Source: Chloroflexi bacterium ADurb.Bin325 (GTDB lineage Bacteria > Chloroflexota > Anaerolineae > CG2-30-64-16). Taken from it: 49,601 nucleotides of DNA. The stretch spans positions 1 through 49,601 of the forward strand of contig MWBF01000002.1 of assembly GCA_002068935.1 (NCBI GenBank), read 5' to 3'. Below the pieces are notes generated by a model. The model was given only the letters and a program-made list of their open reading frames with translations. It was not told the DNA's origin and made no database searches. This document shows, piece by piece, positions 19,618-28,342 of the stretch (position 1 is its first letter; each line of letters begins with the position of its first letter). The position numbers and the translations under genes were made by a program.

Positions 19618-20263
19618 CGCCGTCCGGCTCCAGCCCCGCCAGCGGGGCCAGGCCCATCTGGGCCGCGTAGAGCGCGGCCTGGGTCCGGCCGGGCACGCCG
19701 AGCTTGCCCAGCACGTTCTTGACGTGAGTCTTGGCGGTGGTCTCGCTGATCTGGAGCGTCTGGCCGATCTCCTTGTTGGACTGGCCCCGCGCCAGCAGCC
19801 GCAGGACGTCCCACTCCCGTTCGGTGAGCCGCTCCGCGGCGTGCAGCGTGCGCAGCTCCGCGGCGAGCCGGGCGGTCATCTGCGGCGACAACTGAACCTG
19901 GCCGCTGGCCGCGGCCTTGACGGCGCGGCGCAGCTCCGGCGCGTCGGTGTTCTTCAGCAGATAGCCGATGGCCCCGGCCCGCAGGGCCTCGATCACCGCG
20001 GCATCCTCGACCACGCTCGTCAGCGCGAGCACCTCTGTGTCGGGCAGCTCGCGGCGGATGATCGCCGTGGCCTCGACGCCGCTCATCACCGGCATCAACA
20101 GATCCATCAGGACCACATCGGGGGAGTGTTGGCGGGCCAGCGCGACCGCCTCCGCGCCGTCCGCGGCCTCGGCTACGATTTCAAGGTCGGGATCCAGTCC
20201 GAGGAAGATGCGAAGGCCCTGTCTGACCACGGCGTGGTCGTCCACGATGAGTAGGCGAATCAC
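19610..20263 (-). CDS. Response regulator, NarL/LuxR family
   Basis: Receiver domain (IRLLIVDDH...VVLMDLLMP) plus a C-terminal LuxR HTH (LTEREWDVLRLLARGQSNKEIGQTLQISETTAKTHV). The GTG at 20263 is preceded by AAAGGCAGG. The stop overlaps the kinase start by 8 nt. Confidence 0.9.
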   Translation of the reverse strand: MIRLLIVDDHAVVRQGLRIFLGLDPDLEIVAEAADGAEAVALARQHSPDVVLMDLLMPVMSGVEATAIIRRELPDTEVLALTSVVEDAAVIEALRAGAIGYLLKNTDAPELRRAVKAAASGQVQLSPQMTARLAAELRTLHAAERLTEREWDVLRLLARGQSNKEIGQTLQISETTAKTHVKNVLGKLGVPGRTQAALYAAQMGLAPLAGLEPDGDG

Positions 20264-20310
20264 AGCATTTGACCTGCCTTTACGGTGGGCGAAGTGAGGA
20301 TCACGGCCCG

Positions 20311-20339
20311 ATTCTAGCATGGATGCGCCCGGCCCGCAA
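20311..20339 (-). promoter_or_regulatory. Sigma-70-like promoter of the response regulator/kinase operon
   Basis: On the minus strand: TTGCGG (20339-34), 17 nt, TAGAAT (20316-11). Confidence 0.45.
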
Positions 20340-20350
20340 CCATATTCCGG

Positions 20351-20379
20351 TTGCCCAAAAAGCGCAACCGGGTTAGAAT
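20351..20379 (+). promoter_or_regulatory. Sigma-70-like promoter of the ADP-ribosylglycohydrolase gene
   Basis: TTGCCC (20351-56), 17 nt, TAGAAT (20374-79). It is back-to-back with the regulator promoter, and the inverted repeat CCGGTTGC-N9-GCAACCGG (20347-71) overlaps it. Confidence 0.45.
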
Positions 20380-20465
20380 CGCCGGGCGGCGATGCGCCGC
20401 GGCCGCCCGCTCGCGCTGTCTCGAGCCCGGGGTGAGCATCTTTCAGTCATACAGGAGCGATCATC

Positions 20466-21866
20466 ATGGCCGGTTGGGACACATTGTCATCTCTGCTGCG
20501 CGAGGAGCTCAAGCAGCGGACGGAGGAAGGGTGCGACGTGACCGGATACGCCGAACGGGTCGAGGCGGCCATCGCGGCCGCGGCGGCCGGCGCGGGCGAG
20601 CAGCCCCTCGACGAGGTCTACGACGCGCTCATGGCGCTGCCGGTCGCGGCGTCCTTCCCTTATGTCGAGCCAAACGATCTGGCGGCCATCCGCGCGGCGC
20701 GGCCCGCGGCAACGATACTGCTCCCCCGCCTGGCCGACGACGCCGCGGCCGCGGATCGGTTCCTCGGCGCGTGGCTGGGGCGCAGCGCCGGCTGCGCGCT
20801 GGGCAAGCCGCTGGAGGCCGGGCCGTACATGGCCGGCGGCTGCGGCAACCCCGGCTGGCGCAACGTGCAGCTATGGTTCGAGGGCGCCGACGCCTGGCCG
20901 ATCCGCGGCTACACGCCGGAGCACTCGCGCGCCGAGACCGACCCCGGCCTGCACATCGGCGGCTACAGCCTGCCCTGCACCCGCGAGCACATCCGCTACA
21001 TGCAGACCGACGACGACATCCGCTACACCGTGCTCGGCCTGATCATGCTGGAGGAGCGCGGGCTCGACTTCGACACCTGGGACGTCGGCAAGCTGTGGCA
21101 CGCCCGGCTCACCTACGGCCAGGTCTGCACCGCCGAGACCCAGGCGTATCTCAACTTCGGCCGCGTGACGAGCCACATGCAGCGCAGCCGCCCGCCGGAT
21201 GCCGAGGAGCGCCTGGCCTGGGTGCGCACCTACCGCAACCCCTACCGGGAGTGGATCGGCGCGCAGATCCGCGCAGACGCCTGGGGCTATGCCGCGGCGG
21301 GCAACCCCGAGCTGGCCGCGGAGCTGGCCTGGCGCGACGCGGCGCTCTCGCACGTCAAGAACGGCATCTACGGGGAAATGTTTGCTGCGGCCATGATCGC
21401 CGCGGCCTTCGTCGAGCCGGACCCCGCGGCCATCGTCGCCGCGGGCCTGGCGCAGATTCCCGCCCGCTGTCGGCTGGCGGAGGCGGTCGCGCGCGCGGCA
21501 ACGCTGGCGCAGGCCGCGACCAGCCAGATCGACCTGGTCAGCGCGCTGTGGGATGCCTTCGGCCACTACCACCCGGTACACACGATCAACAACGCGGCGC
21601 TCGTCGCGGCCGCGCTGATCTATGCGGCCGGCGACTTCGAGACGGCCATCGCGACCGCGGTCCTGGGCGGCTGGGACACCGACTGCAACGGCGCGACCGT
21701 CGGCTCGATCATGGGCGCGGCGCTCGGCGCGGCCGCGCTCCCCGCGCAGTGGGTCGACCCGCTCAACGACACGCTCTATGCGGAGATTCCGGGGTTCCAT
21801 CCCATCGCGATCTCCGAGTGCGCGCGGCGGACGCACGCGGCGTGGGCGCGGACGGGCGGGAGGTAG
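20466..21866 (+). CDS. ADP-ribosylglycohydrolase-family protein (long form)
   Basis: Family-typical motifs CALGKPLE, TDDDIRYT and GGWDTDCNGATVGSIMGA. At 466 aa it is about 100-150 aa longer than minimal DraG-like members. AGGAG lies upstream. Confidence 0.85.
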   Translation: MAGWDTLSSLLREELKQRTEEGCDVTGYAERVEAAIAAAAAGAGEQPLDEVYDALMALPVAASFPYVEPNDLAAIRAARPAATILLPRLADDAAAADRFLGAWLGRSAGCALGKPLEAGPYMAGGCGNPGWRNVQLWFEGADAWPIRGYTPEHSRAETDPGLHIGGYSLPCTREHIRYMQTDDDIRYTVLGLIMLEERGLDFDTWDVGKLWHARLTYGQVCTAETQAYLNFGRVTSHMQRSRPPDAEERLAWVRTYRNPYREWIGAQIRADAWGYAAAGNPELAAELAWRDAALSHVKNGIYGEMFAAAMIAAAFVEPDPAAIVAAGLAQIPARCRLAEAVARAATLAQAATSQIDLVSALWDAFGHYHPVHTINNAALVAAALIYAAGDFETAIATAVLGGWDTDCNGATVGSIMGAALGAAALPAQWVDPLNDTLYAEIPGFHPIAISECARRTHAAWARTGGR

Positions 21867-21875
21867 CGCGCCCGG

Positions 21876-22502
21876 TCAGCCGCGGTCGACCGCTTCGGCC
21901 GCGGTCACGATCATCTGGATCGCGGTGGCGGGCGGGATGACGGCCGTATTGATGGCGAGATGGTAGTGGCGCAGGTTCTTCCACTCGACATTGTTGTACA
22001 TATGGCGGATCGCCTGGCGTTTCTCCTCGTCTGCATCGGCGATCCGTCGCCGCGCCTCGCCCTCGCTGATGCCGTAACGCGCCACCAGCCGCTGGATGCG
22101 CGTCTCCACCGACGCAAACAGGTGGACGTGGAGCGTGCCCGGCCGGTTGCTCAGGACGATCTGCCCCCCGCGGCCGACGATGACCACGTTGCCCTCCGCG
22201 GCATACTCCTCCAGCGTCTTGCGCACGATGTCCGCATAGGTCTTGTCGTCCAATTCGAGGCGTTTGTCGAATGCAGTGGGAGATTTGCGGTAGAGCGAGG
22301 TCATCTCCGTGCTGACCAGGCGGGCGCGGCGCGCAAAGCTGCGCTCCATCGCGAGCACGGCCTCCACATCCACGCCCGCGCGCGCCGCAATCTCCGACAA
22401 CATCTCCTTGTCGATCCGCCGATAGCCGAGCTGCTGGCAGAGGGCGTCCGCGATCGCGTCGCCTTCGCTGCCGAGCTCGCGCGAAAGGGTAATGACGGCC
22501 AT
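21876..22502 (-). CDS. Cytidylate kinase-like family protein
   Basis: MAVITLSRELGSEGDAIA... N-terminus and overall pattern fit the Cytidylate_kin2-type family. The ATG at 22502 is preceded by GGAGG. The 38 codons upstream in ORF 22616 are not coding-like. Confidence 0.75.
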   Translation of the reverse strand: MAVITLSRELGSEGDAIADALCQQLGYRRIDKEMLSEIAARAGVDVEAVLAMERSFARRARLVSTEMTSLYRKSPTAFDKRLELDDKTYADIVRKTLEEYAAEGNVVIVGRGGQIVLSNRPGTLHVHLFASVETRIQRLVARYGISEGEARRRIADADEEKRQAIRHMYNNVEWKNLRHYHLAINTAVIPPATAIQMIVTAAEAVDRG

Positions 22503-22642
22503 GCTGCACCTCCGTGTGGCGCGCCGAAAGGCGCCTCCACCATCTGCCATCATAACACAGTTTCGCCCCCTGTGCGCGCGCAGATGACCGAATCCGCCCA
22601 AACCCGTCCCCGTCACGCCAGCTAACCCCTGTCAATCCGCGG

Positions 22643-22720
22643 CCTCACCCCCTCGGCTCCCCCTCTCCTGACGTGCGAACCGGAGGCCTGCACGTCAGGA
22701 GAGGGGGATGGGGAGTGAGG
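22643..22720. repeat. Family-A palindromic element, copy 3
   Basis: The left arm is nearly identical to copy 1 (CCTCACCCCCTCGGCTCCCCCTCTCCTGACG); the right arm is CGTCAGGAGAGGGGGATGGGGAGTGAGG. Confidence 0.85.
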
Positions 22721-22733
22721 TCGGGCGCTTAGC

Positions 22734-22883
22734 GGATTTTTAAATAGACAACTAAATCCTGTCAATCCTGTCCATTCGCTCTGGCCGGTCTCCGACCGAG
22801 CCAGGGGCACGGTCAGAGACCGGCCCCAGCGGACTTTTAAATAGACAGCCAAATCCTGTCAATCCTGTAAATCCTGTCCATCC
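22734..22883. repeat. Two direct repeats (44 and 53 nt, 97-nt period) built around tandem AATCCTGTC 9-mers, flanking family-B copy 1
   Basis: GGA(T/C)TTTTAAATAGACA(A/G)C(T/C)AAATCCTGTCAATCCTGT occurs at 22734-22777 and 22831-22883. The 9-mers are at 22755, 22764, 22852, 22861 and 22870. A related CCTGTCAATCC is at 22627-22637. Confidence 0.85.
22783..22825. repeat. Family-B palindromic core, copy 1
   Basis: GGCCGGTCTCCGACCG-AGCCAGGGGCA-CGGTCAGAGACCGGCC, with one arm mismatch. Confidence 0.85.
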
Positions 22884-22893
22884 CCCGGAATGC

Positions 22894-22934
22894 AAAAGGG
22901 CCTGGATCCGCGCAAATCTGGCAGATCCAGGCCC
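22894..22934 (-). terminator. Rho-independent terminator of the LysM/L,D-transpeptidase gene
   Basis: On the minus strand: GGGCCTGGATC-15 nt loop-GATCCAGGCCC followed by TTTTG, starting 20 nt after the stop codon. Confidence 0.7.
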
Positions 22935-22954
22935 AACCAGAAGGACAGGATGGT

Positions 22955-23818
22955 CTAGTAGTGCGTCACGACCAGGGTGCCGATGCTGGCCCAATTGAAC
23001 AGCCAGGCGGCGTCCGGCGTGCGCATGTTGACGCAGCCGTGGCTCATCGGACGCCCGAAGTTGTTGTGCCAGTACGTCCCGTGGATGGCATAACCCTTAT
23101 AGAAATACATGGTATATGGGACGCCCGGCAGATCATAGCCGGGACCGGTCATCCGCGTCGAGGTGAGCTTCGTCTGAATCCTGAAGCGCCCCACGACGGT
23201 CGGCGTGCGCGGCAGGCCGCCGCTGATGAGCGTGCTGAAGACCGGGGTGTTGCCCTGGTAGGCCGTCAGCCGCTGCTGGCTCAGGTTGATGTCGATCCAG
23301 CGTTCGGACGCGGACCCGGTCGAGGTCGGAGGCTTCGCGGCCGGCGCGCCGCCGGCCGCGCCCTTGGCAATCGCAAGGCGCTGGCCGACCCAGATGCGGT
23401 TGGGGTTGGCGATATTGTTGAGCGCCATCAGCGACTGAACCGTGGTGCCATAGCGGGCCGCGATCCGGCTCAGGGTGTCTCCGCGCTGCACGATGTAGAC
23501 GCCGCCGGTCGCCGGCGCGGCCGCCCCGCCCGTCGCCGGCGCGGTCGACCCGCTGCGGCCGGGGATGACGAGCCGCTGGCCGACATAGATGCGGTTGATG
23601 TTGACGATGCCGTTGGCGCGCGCCAGCGCCGAGGTGGAGACGCCGTAGCGCGCGGCGATGGCGTTGAGCGTATCGCCCGCCTTCACCACATAGGCGTCCG
23701 CTGACGGCGCAGCAACGGGGGCCGCCGCGCTGATGTGCGGGAAAATCATCAGCGCGCCGCCGGCCAGAAGCACGGCGCACAAGACCATGAACAATCGACG
23801 AGAGAATAACGAGTCCAT
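22955..23818 (-). CDS. Secreted peptidoglycan L,D-transpeptidase with two LysM domains
   Basis: Signal/TM segment [17 protein letters not shown]. Two LysM repeats ([19 protein letters not shown]..., [19 protein letters not shown]...). YkuD catalytic motif HGCVNM. The ATG at 23818 is preceded by AAAGGAG. Confidence 0.9.
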   Translation of the reverse strand: MDSLFSRRLFMVLCAVLLAGGALMIFPHISAAAPVAAPSADAYVVKAGDTLNAIAARYGVSTSALARANGIVNINRIYVGQRLVIPGRSGSTAPATGGAAAPATGGVYIVQRGDTLSRIAARYGTTVQSLMALNNIANPNRIWVGQRLAIAKGAAGGAPAAKPPTSTGSASERWIDINLSQQRLTAYQGNTPVFSTLISGGLPRTPTVVGRFRIQTKLTSTRMTGPGYDLPGVPYTMYFYKGYAIHGTYWHNNFGRPMSHGCVNMRTPDAAWLFNWASIGTLVVTHY

Positions 23819-24071
23819 GATTCGCTCCTTTAGTGTCGCAAAGATCACCGTCCATCCGCCTTGCTGGTAGCGGAGAGCACGGGCGGCCATAAAAAGAGAT
23901 GAGCGATTGCTGGCTGACCTAGCATTATGAAACCAATTTATAACGCAGCAGCCCGATTCTGTCAATCTCGCAGATGTCCGTTTTGATATAGTATTATCTG
24001 TCGATCCTCGGCGACAGATCTCTGTCTCGCGGATATCTGTGCGCGAAATCACGCAAACGGCCCCGCCATCT

Positions 24072-24099
24072 TTGCGAAAAACCGGCGCTGTGTTATACT
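24072..24099 (+). promoter_or_regulatory. Sigma-70-like promoter with extended -10 upstream of the ccm-associated cluster
   Basis: TTGCGA (24072-77), 16 nt, TGTTATACT (TATACT at 24094-99). The first ATG (24109) lies only 10 nt after the -10, so the mRNA would be leaderless or nearly so. Confidence 0.45.
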
Positions 24100-24108
24100 G
24101 TTGCGTTG

Positions 24109-25116
24109 ATGCGACTTATACCGATGATGACGCTCATCGGCTTGCGGAGTTACGGCTTGATCAATTCACGATGCCACAGAGCACGGCGTCCGCTGCGCGT
24201 GATGCTGGCTGCGATCCTGTTCATCCTTTCCGTCTCGATTGCCTCGGCGCAGGGCGCGGCGCTGACCATCGGCCAGGGATCGCTGCGCCTGTGGCCCGAG
24301 TTCGACGATCCGGGCCTCCTGGTCATCTTCGCCGGTGACTTTGCCCAGGCTGGGTCGTTTCCGCGCACCGTCACCTTCCCCATCGCGGCCGGCGCGCGCA
24401 AGATCCAGGCGACCTATCGCGATGCGTCCGGGACGCTGTTGGTGCGGGAATATACCGTCGCGGACGGCAAGCTGACATACGAGGTGCCCGTCCCGACCTT
24501 CCATTACGAGTACTACGTCGATAGGCCGGACACGGGCGCGCAGCGCGAGATCGACTTCCGCTTCGAGCCGGGCTATGCGACGGACGTGCTCGAGATCGTC
24601 GTGCAGCAGCCCGCGCGCGCCACGGACTTCAGCATGACGCCGGCCGCGCAGAGCGTCTCGCGCGGGACCGACGGGCTGACCTATCACACGCTCGTCCTCA
24701 ACAATGTCGCGGCCGAGACGTCGGTTAACCTCCAGATTCATTACACGAAGACAGATTCGGGCCTGTCAAGCCCGCAGCTGGCCGTGACCGAGGGCGCGGG
24801 CAACGTCGTTTCCGGCGCGCCGGCGAGCGCCTCGGCGCGCGGCTGGCTGCCCTATGTGCTCATCGGCGTCGGCGTGACGGCCCTCGTGGCCGCGCTGGTC
24901 TACTGGCTGTTGACCCAGCGGCGCACGGCGCAGGCGTCTCGTGTAGTCAAAAGCAGTCTCGCGGGCGGCAAACGCGCGTCCGGCGGGCAGCCGCGGCCCG
25001 CCGCCGCCAACTGCCCAGGGCGCAGCCTACTGCACGCAGTGCGGGCATGTCTTGCGGCCCACCGACCGTTTCTGCCCCCAGTGCGGCGCTCCGCGACGCC
25101 AATAAAGGATCTATGA
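24109..25116 (+). CDS. Single-pass membrane protein of unknown function; the annotated frame probably loses its true zinc-ribbon C-terminus through a frameshift
   Basis: Signal-like N-terminus ([24 protein letters not shown]), a roughly 200-aa extracytoplasmic domain, and TM segment [23 protein letters not shown]. After about 25010 third-position GC collapses in this frame. A CxxC-N13-CxxC zinc ribbon is readable in the +1 frame up to TAA at 25103-25105 (see findings). Confidence 0.6.
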   Translation: MRLIPMMTLIGLRSYGLINSRCHRARRPLRVMLAAILFILSVSIASAQGAALTIGQGSLRLWPEFDDPGLLVIFAGDFAQAGSFPRTVTFPIAAGARKIQATYRDASGTLLVREYTVADGKLTYEVPVPTFHYEYYVDRPDTGAQREIDFRFEPGYATDVLEIVVQQPARATDFSMTPAAQSVSRGTDGLTYHTLVLNNVAAETSVNLQIHYTKTDSGLSSPQLAVTEGAGNVVSGAPASASARGWLPYVLIGVGVTALVAALVYWLLTQRRTAQASRVVKSSLAGGKRASGGQPRPAAANCPGRSLLHAVRACLAAHRPFLPPVRRSATPIKDL

Positions 25117-25613
25117 TGCGCAGCCGACTGCTCCTTCACGTAGTGATTTTGGCCGTTTTCGGCCTTCTTATGACGACCTCCGCCGCGCTGGCCCAGACGC
25201 CGACGCCCAACGAGATCAACGACGTCGCGCGCGAGCTGTGGTGTCCCCTGTGCAACGGCGTACGGCTGGACAACTGCGACCTGCAAGCATGCATCCAGAT
25301 GCGCGAGGTCATCTCGGAGAAGCTGACCGAGGGCGAAAGCAAGGGGCAGATCAAGGCCTACTTCGTCGCCCAGTACGGCGATGTCGTGTTGGGCCAGCCG
25401 TCCGGCGAGGGGTTCAACCTGATCGCCTGGGTCTTCCCCATCCTGGCGGCCGTCATCGGGCTGGGCTGGCTCGCCTACCTCGTGCTGACGTGGCGCAAGC
25501 GCCAGGTCGCGCCGGTCAGCGCCGGGCCTGACGCGCCGGCCGACGCGACACAGCCCGCCGCGGACGATGATTATCTGCGCCGCGTGGAACGCGACCTCAA
25601 ACAAAGAGATTAG
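25113..25613 (+). CDS. ccmH: Cytochrome c-type biogenesis protein CcmH/NrfF
   Basis: Signal peptide, then [27 protein letters not shown] (the CcmH CxxC motif region) and a C-terminal TM segment. The ATG at 25113 is preceded by AAAGGA. Confidence 0.85.
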   Translation: MMRSRLLLHVVILAVFGLLMTTSAALAQTPTPNEINDVARELWCPLCNGVRLDNCDLQACIQMREVISEKLTEGESKGQIKAYFVAQYGDVVLGQPSGEGFNLIAWVFPILAAVIGLGWLAYLVLTWRKRQVAPVSAGPDAPADATQPAADDDYLRRVERDLKQRD

Positions 25614-25621
25614 GGGCAACC

Positions 25622-26191
25622 ATGACACCTAACGACCCGACCCCTACCCCGACCCGTCGGCCGCCGGTCTTCGCCATCGTCCTGGGCATCGGCGTCCTGT
25701 TCATCGGCGGCCTCCTGGCGATGATGCTCATCAAGCCGCCGCAGAAGGCGCTGTGCGACGAGCCGGCGCCCGACCTGGCGCTGACGCTGTTCGACGATTA
25801 CAACGGCGGCTGGTCCAGCGAGACGCTGACCCTCGCGGATCTGCGCGGCCAGGGCGTCGTCCTGAACTTCTGGGCGAGCTGGTGCAAGCCGTGCGAGGAG
25901 GAGGCCGCCGCGCTCGAGGCCGCCTGGCGCAAGTACAAGGATCAGGGCATCGTCTTCGTCGGCGTGGATTACCTCGACCAGGACCCCGCGGCCAAACGCT
26001 ATCTGGAGAAATTCGACATCAGCTATCCTAACGGCCCGGATCTTGCCAGCAAGATCTCGAAGCGGTATACCATCCGCGGCGTGCCGGAGACCTTCTTCAT
26101 CAACCCACAGGGCGAGATCGTCGGTTGTCGGAAGATCGGCCCCCTGGGCGCGAACGAGCTCGCCCAACGCATCGCGGAAATCATGCCGTAG
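25622..26191 (+). CDS. ccmG: Thiol:disulfide oxidoreductase, CcmG/DsbE/ResA (TlpA) family
   Basis: N-terminal TM anchor and thioredoxin motif [14 protein letters not shown]; the GVPETFFI cis-Pro region is typical of CcmG/ResA. Confidence 0.85.
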   Translation: MTPNDPTPTPTRRPPVFAIVLGIGVLFIGGLLAMMLIKPPQKALCDEPAPDLALTLFDDYNGGWSSETLTLADLRGQGVVLNFWASWCKPCEEEAAALEAAWRKYKDQGIVFVGVDYLDQDPAAKRYLEKFDISYPNGPDLASKISKRYTIRGVPETFFINPQGEIVGCRKIGPLGANELAQRIAEIMP

Positions 26192-26220
26192 CTGAATAGA
26201 ACGCTGGAGAATAAAAAAGA

Positions 26221-28272
26221 ATGACCGATCTAGGTTTCATCGCGCTGGTGCTGGCGTTCGTCATCAGCCTGTACGGGATCGCCGTCTCGCTCATCGGCGC
26301 GCGGCGCAATCTGCCGGAGCTGGTCGCCAGCGGCCGCAATGCGATCTACGTGGTAAGCGGCCTGGTCGCCATCGCCGCGCTGCTGATGTGGCGCGCGCTG
26401 CTGACCAGCGAGTTCCAGCTCGAGTTCGTCTACTCGCACACCGAGCGCAACCTGCCGACGCTCTACAAGTTCTCCGCGCTGTGGGGCGGCCAGGCCGGCT
26501 CGCTGCTCTTCTGGACGCTGCTCGCCTGCATCCTGGCCACCTCGGCCACCTGGTTCTTCCGCCAGCAGCAGCCGAGCCAGAAGCCGTACATCAACAGCGT
26601 CCTGCTGCTGTACATCGGCTTCTTCCTGAGCCTGCTCCTGTTCGCCGAAAACCCCTTCAGCCGCCTGTGGCGCAGCGCGACCGGCGAGGTGATCACGGGC
26701 GTCTTCCCGCCCACGGGCGCGACCGCCATCGTGCCGTCCGACGGCCAGGGCCTGAACCCGCAGCTCCAGAACTACTGGATGGTCCTGCACCCGATCGGGC
26801 TCTACCTGGGGTTCGTGGGCATGACCGTGCCCTTTGCCTTTGCGGTCGCCGCGCTCATCACCGGCCAGCTGGGCAACGCCTGGATCAAGATGATCCGTAA
26901 GTGGACGCTCGTGCCGTGGCTGTTCCTCTCCATCGGCATCCTGCTCGGCTCGCAGTGGGCCTACATCGAGCTCGGCTGGGGCGGCTATTGGGCCTGGGAC
27001 CCCGTCGAGAACGCCTCGTTCCTCCCCTGGCTGACGGGCACCGCGTTCATCCACAGCATCATGATCCAGGAGCGCCGCGGGATGCTCAAGGTGTGGAACA
27101 TGGTGCTCATCTGGCTGACCTGGGAGCTGACCCTGATCGGCACGTTCCTCACCCGCTCCGGCGTCGTGCAGTCGGTCCACTCCTTTGCGCTCTCCGCGGT
27201 CGGGCCGATGTTCGCCGCGTTCATCATCGCGACCATGCTGGGCTTCCTCGCGCTGCTCATCTGGCGGCTGCCGCTGCTCAAGAGCGAGAACCAGCTCGAC
27301 GCGGTCCTGTCGCGCGAGACGAGCTTCCTGACCCAGAACGTCGTCTTCGTGGTCATCATGGCCGCGACGTTCCTGGGCACGATCTTCCCCAGCATCTCCG
27401 AGCTGGTGATGGGCGACAAGGTGTCGCTCAACGCGCCCTACTTCAACCGGGTGAACGGGCCGATCTTCCTGGCCCTGCTCGTGCTGATGGGCGCCGCGCC
27501 GCTCCTGGCCTGGCGTCGCTCCGCGCCGGAGACGCTGCGCAAGAACTTCCTTGCCCCGATCATCGCCGCCCTGGTGAGCGTGCCGCTGCTGTTCGCGCTC
27601 GGCAACCGCAGCGTGGCCGGGTTCGTAGGGATCGCGGCCCTGTTCTTCGTGTTCGCGGGCATCGTGCAGGAATACGTGCGCGGGGTGCGGGCGCGGCGAC
27701 AGGCCACCCATGAGACGCTGCCCGTCGCGCTCGCCAACCTCGTGCGGCGCAACGGGCGGCGCTACGGCGGCTACATCGTCCACGTCAGCATCCTGCTCAT
27801 CGCGCTGGGCATCATCGGCAACGAGTTCTACCAGTCCGAGGGCCAGGCCAACCTCGCGCCGGGCGAAAGCGTCACCGTGGCGAACTACACCCTGACCTAT
27901 CGTACCCTGGATGCCGTGCGCGGGCCCAACTACACCGAGTTTCGGGCGGTCATGGATGTCGCGCGCAACGGGCGGCCCCTCGGCCAGATCATCCCGACGA
28001 AGAACGTCTACAACAAGAACTCGGAACAGCCGATGACCGAGGTGGGGCTGCGGCCCGGCCCGATCGAAGATGTCTACGTCGTCCTGGCCGGGTTCGACAA
28101 CATGGGCGCCACCGCATCGTTCAAGGTATATGTCAACCCGCTGATGTCGTGGATGTGGGCGGGCAGCCTGCTGTTGATCGTCGGCGTGCTGGTGTCTGCA
28201 TGGCCGCGGCGCTCGCCCGCCACGGCAGAGGCCGCGCGGCGCGTGCCCTCCGGCGCGCAGCCAATCGCATGA
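26221..28272 (+). CDS. ccmF: Cytochrome c heme lyase subunit CcmF
   Basis: 683 aa, polytopic, with the WWD-type tryptophan-rich motif WGGYWAWDPVENASFLPWL and conserved histidines. Confidence 0.9.
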   Translation: MTDLGFIALVLAFVISLYGIAVSLIGARRNLPELVASGRNAIYVVSGLVAIAALLMWRALLTSEFQLEFVYSHTERNLPTLYKFSALWGGQAGSLLFWTLLACILATSATWFFRQQQPSQKPYINSVLLLYIGFFLSLLLFAENPFSRLWRSATGEVITGVFPPTGATAIVPSDGQGLNPQLQNYWMVLHPIGLYLGFVGMTVPFAFAVAALITGQLGNAWIKMIRKWTLVPWLFLSIGILLGSQWAYIELGWGGYWAWDPVENASFLPWLTGTAFIHSIMIQERRGMLKVWNMVLIWLTWELTLIGTFLTRSGVVQSVHSFALSAVGPMFAAFIIATMLGFLALLIWRLPLLKSENQLDAVLSRETSFLTQNVVFVVIMAATFLGTIFPSISELVMGDKVSLNAPYFNRVNGPIFLALLVLMGAAPLLAWRRSAPETLRKNFLAPIIAALVSVPLLFALGNRSVAGFVGIAALFFVFAGIVQEYVRGVRARRQATHETLPVALANLVRRNGRRYGGYIVHVSILLIALGIIGNEFYQSEGQANLAPGESVTVANYTLTYRTLDAVRGPNYTEFRAVMDVARNGRPLGQIIPTKNVYNKNSEQPMTEVGLRPGPIEDVYVVLAGFDNMGATASFKVYVNPLMSWMWAGSLLLIVGVLVSAWPRRSPATAEAARRVPSGAQPIA

Positions 28273-28342
28273 GCAGTAACAGGGCCTTGCGCGACCGCGT
28301 CGATCGGCGCGGCCGCGCAAAGCCCGAGATGGTGGATCGTCC

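Noticed and set aside
22627-22883. Possibility that the repeated units here, or at 39724-40010, are a CRISPR array.
   Set aside because: Only two or three units are present. The repeat lengths (9, about 44 and 138 nt) and spacings do not fit the 28-37-nt repeat/spacer regularity of CRISPR arrays, and no cas genes are nearby.
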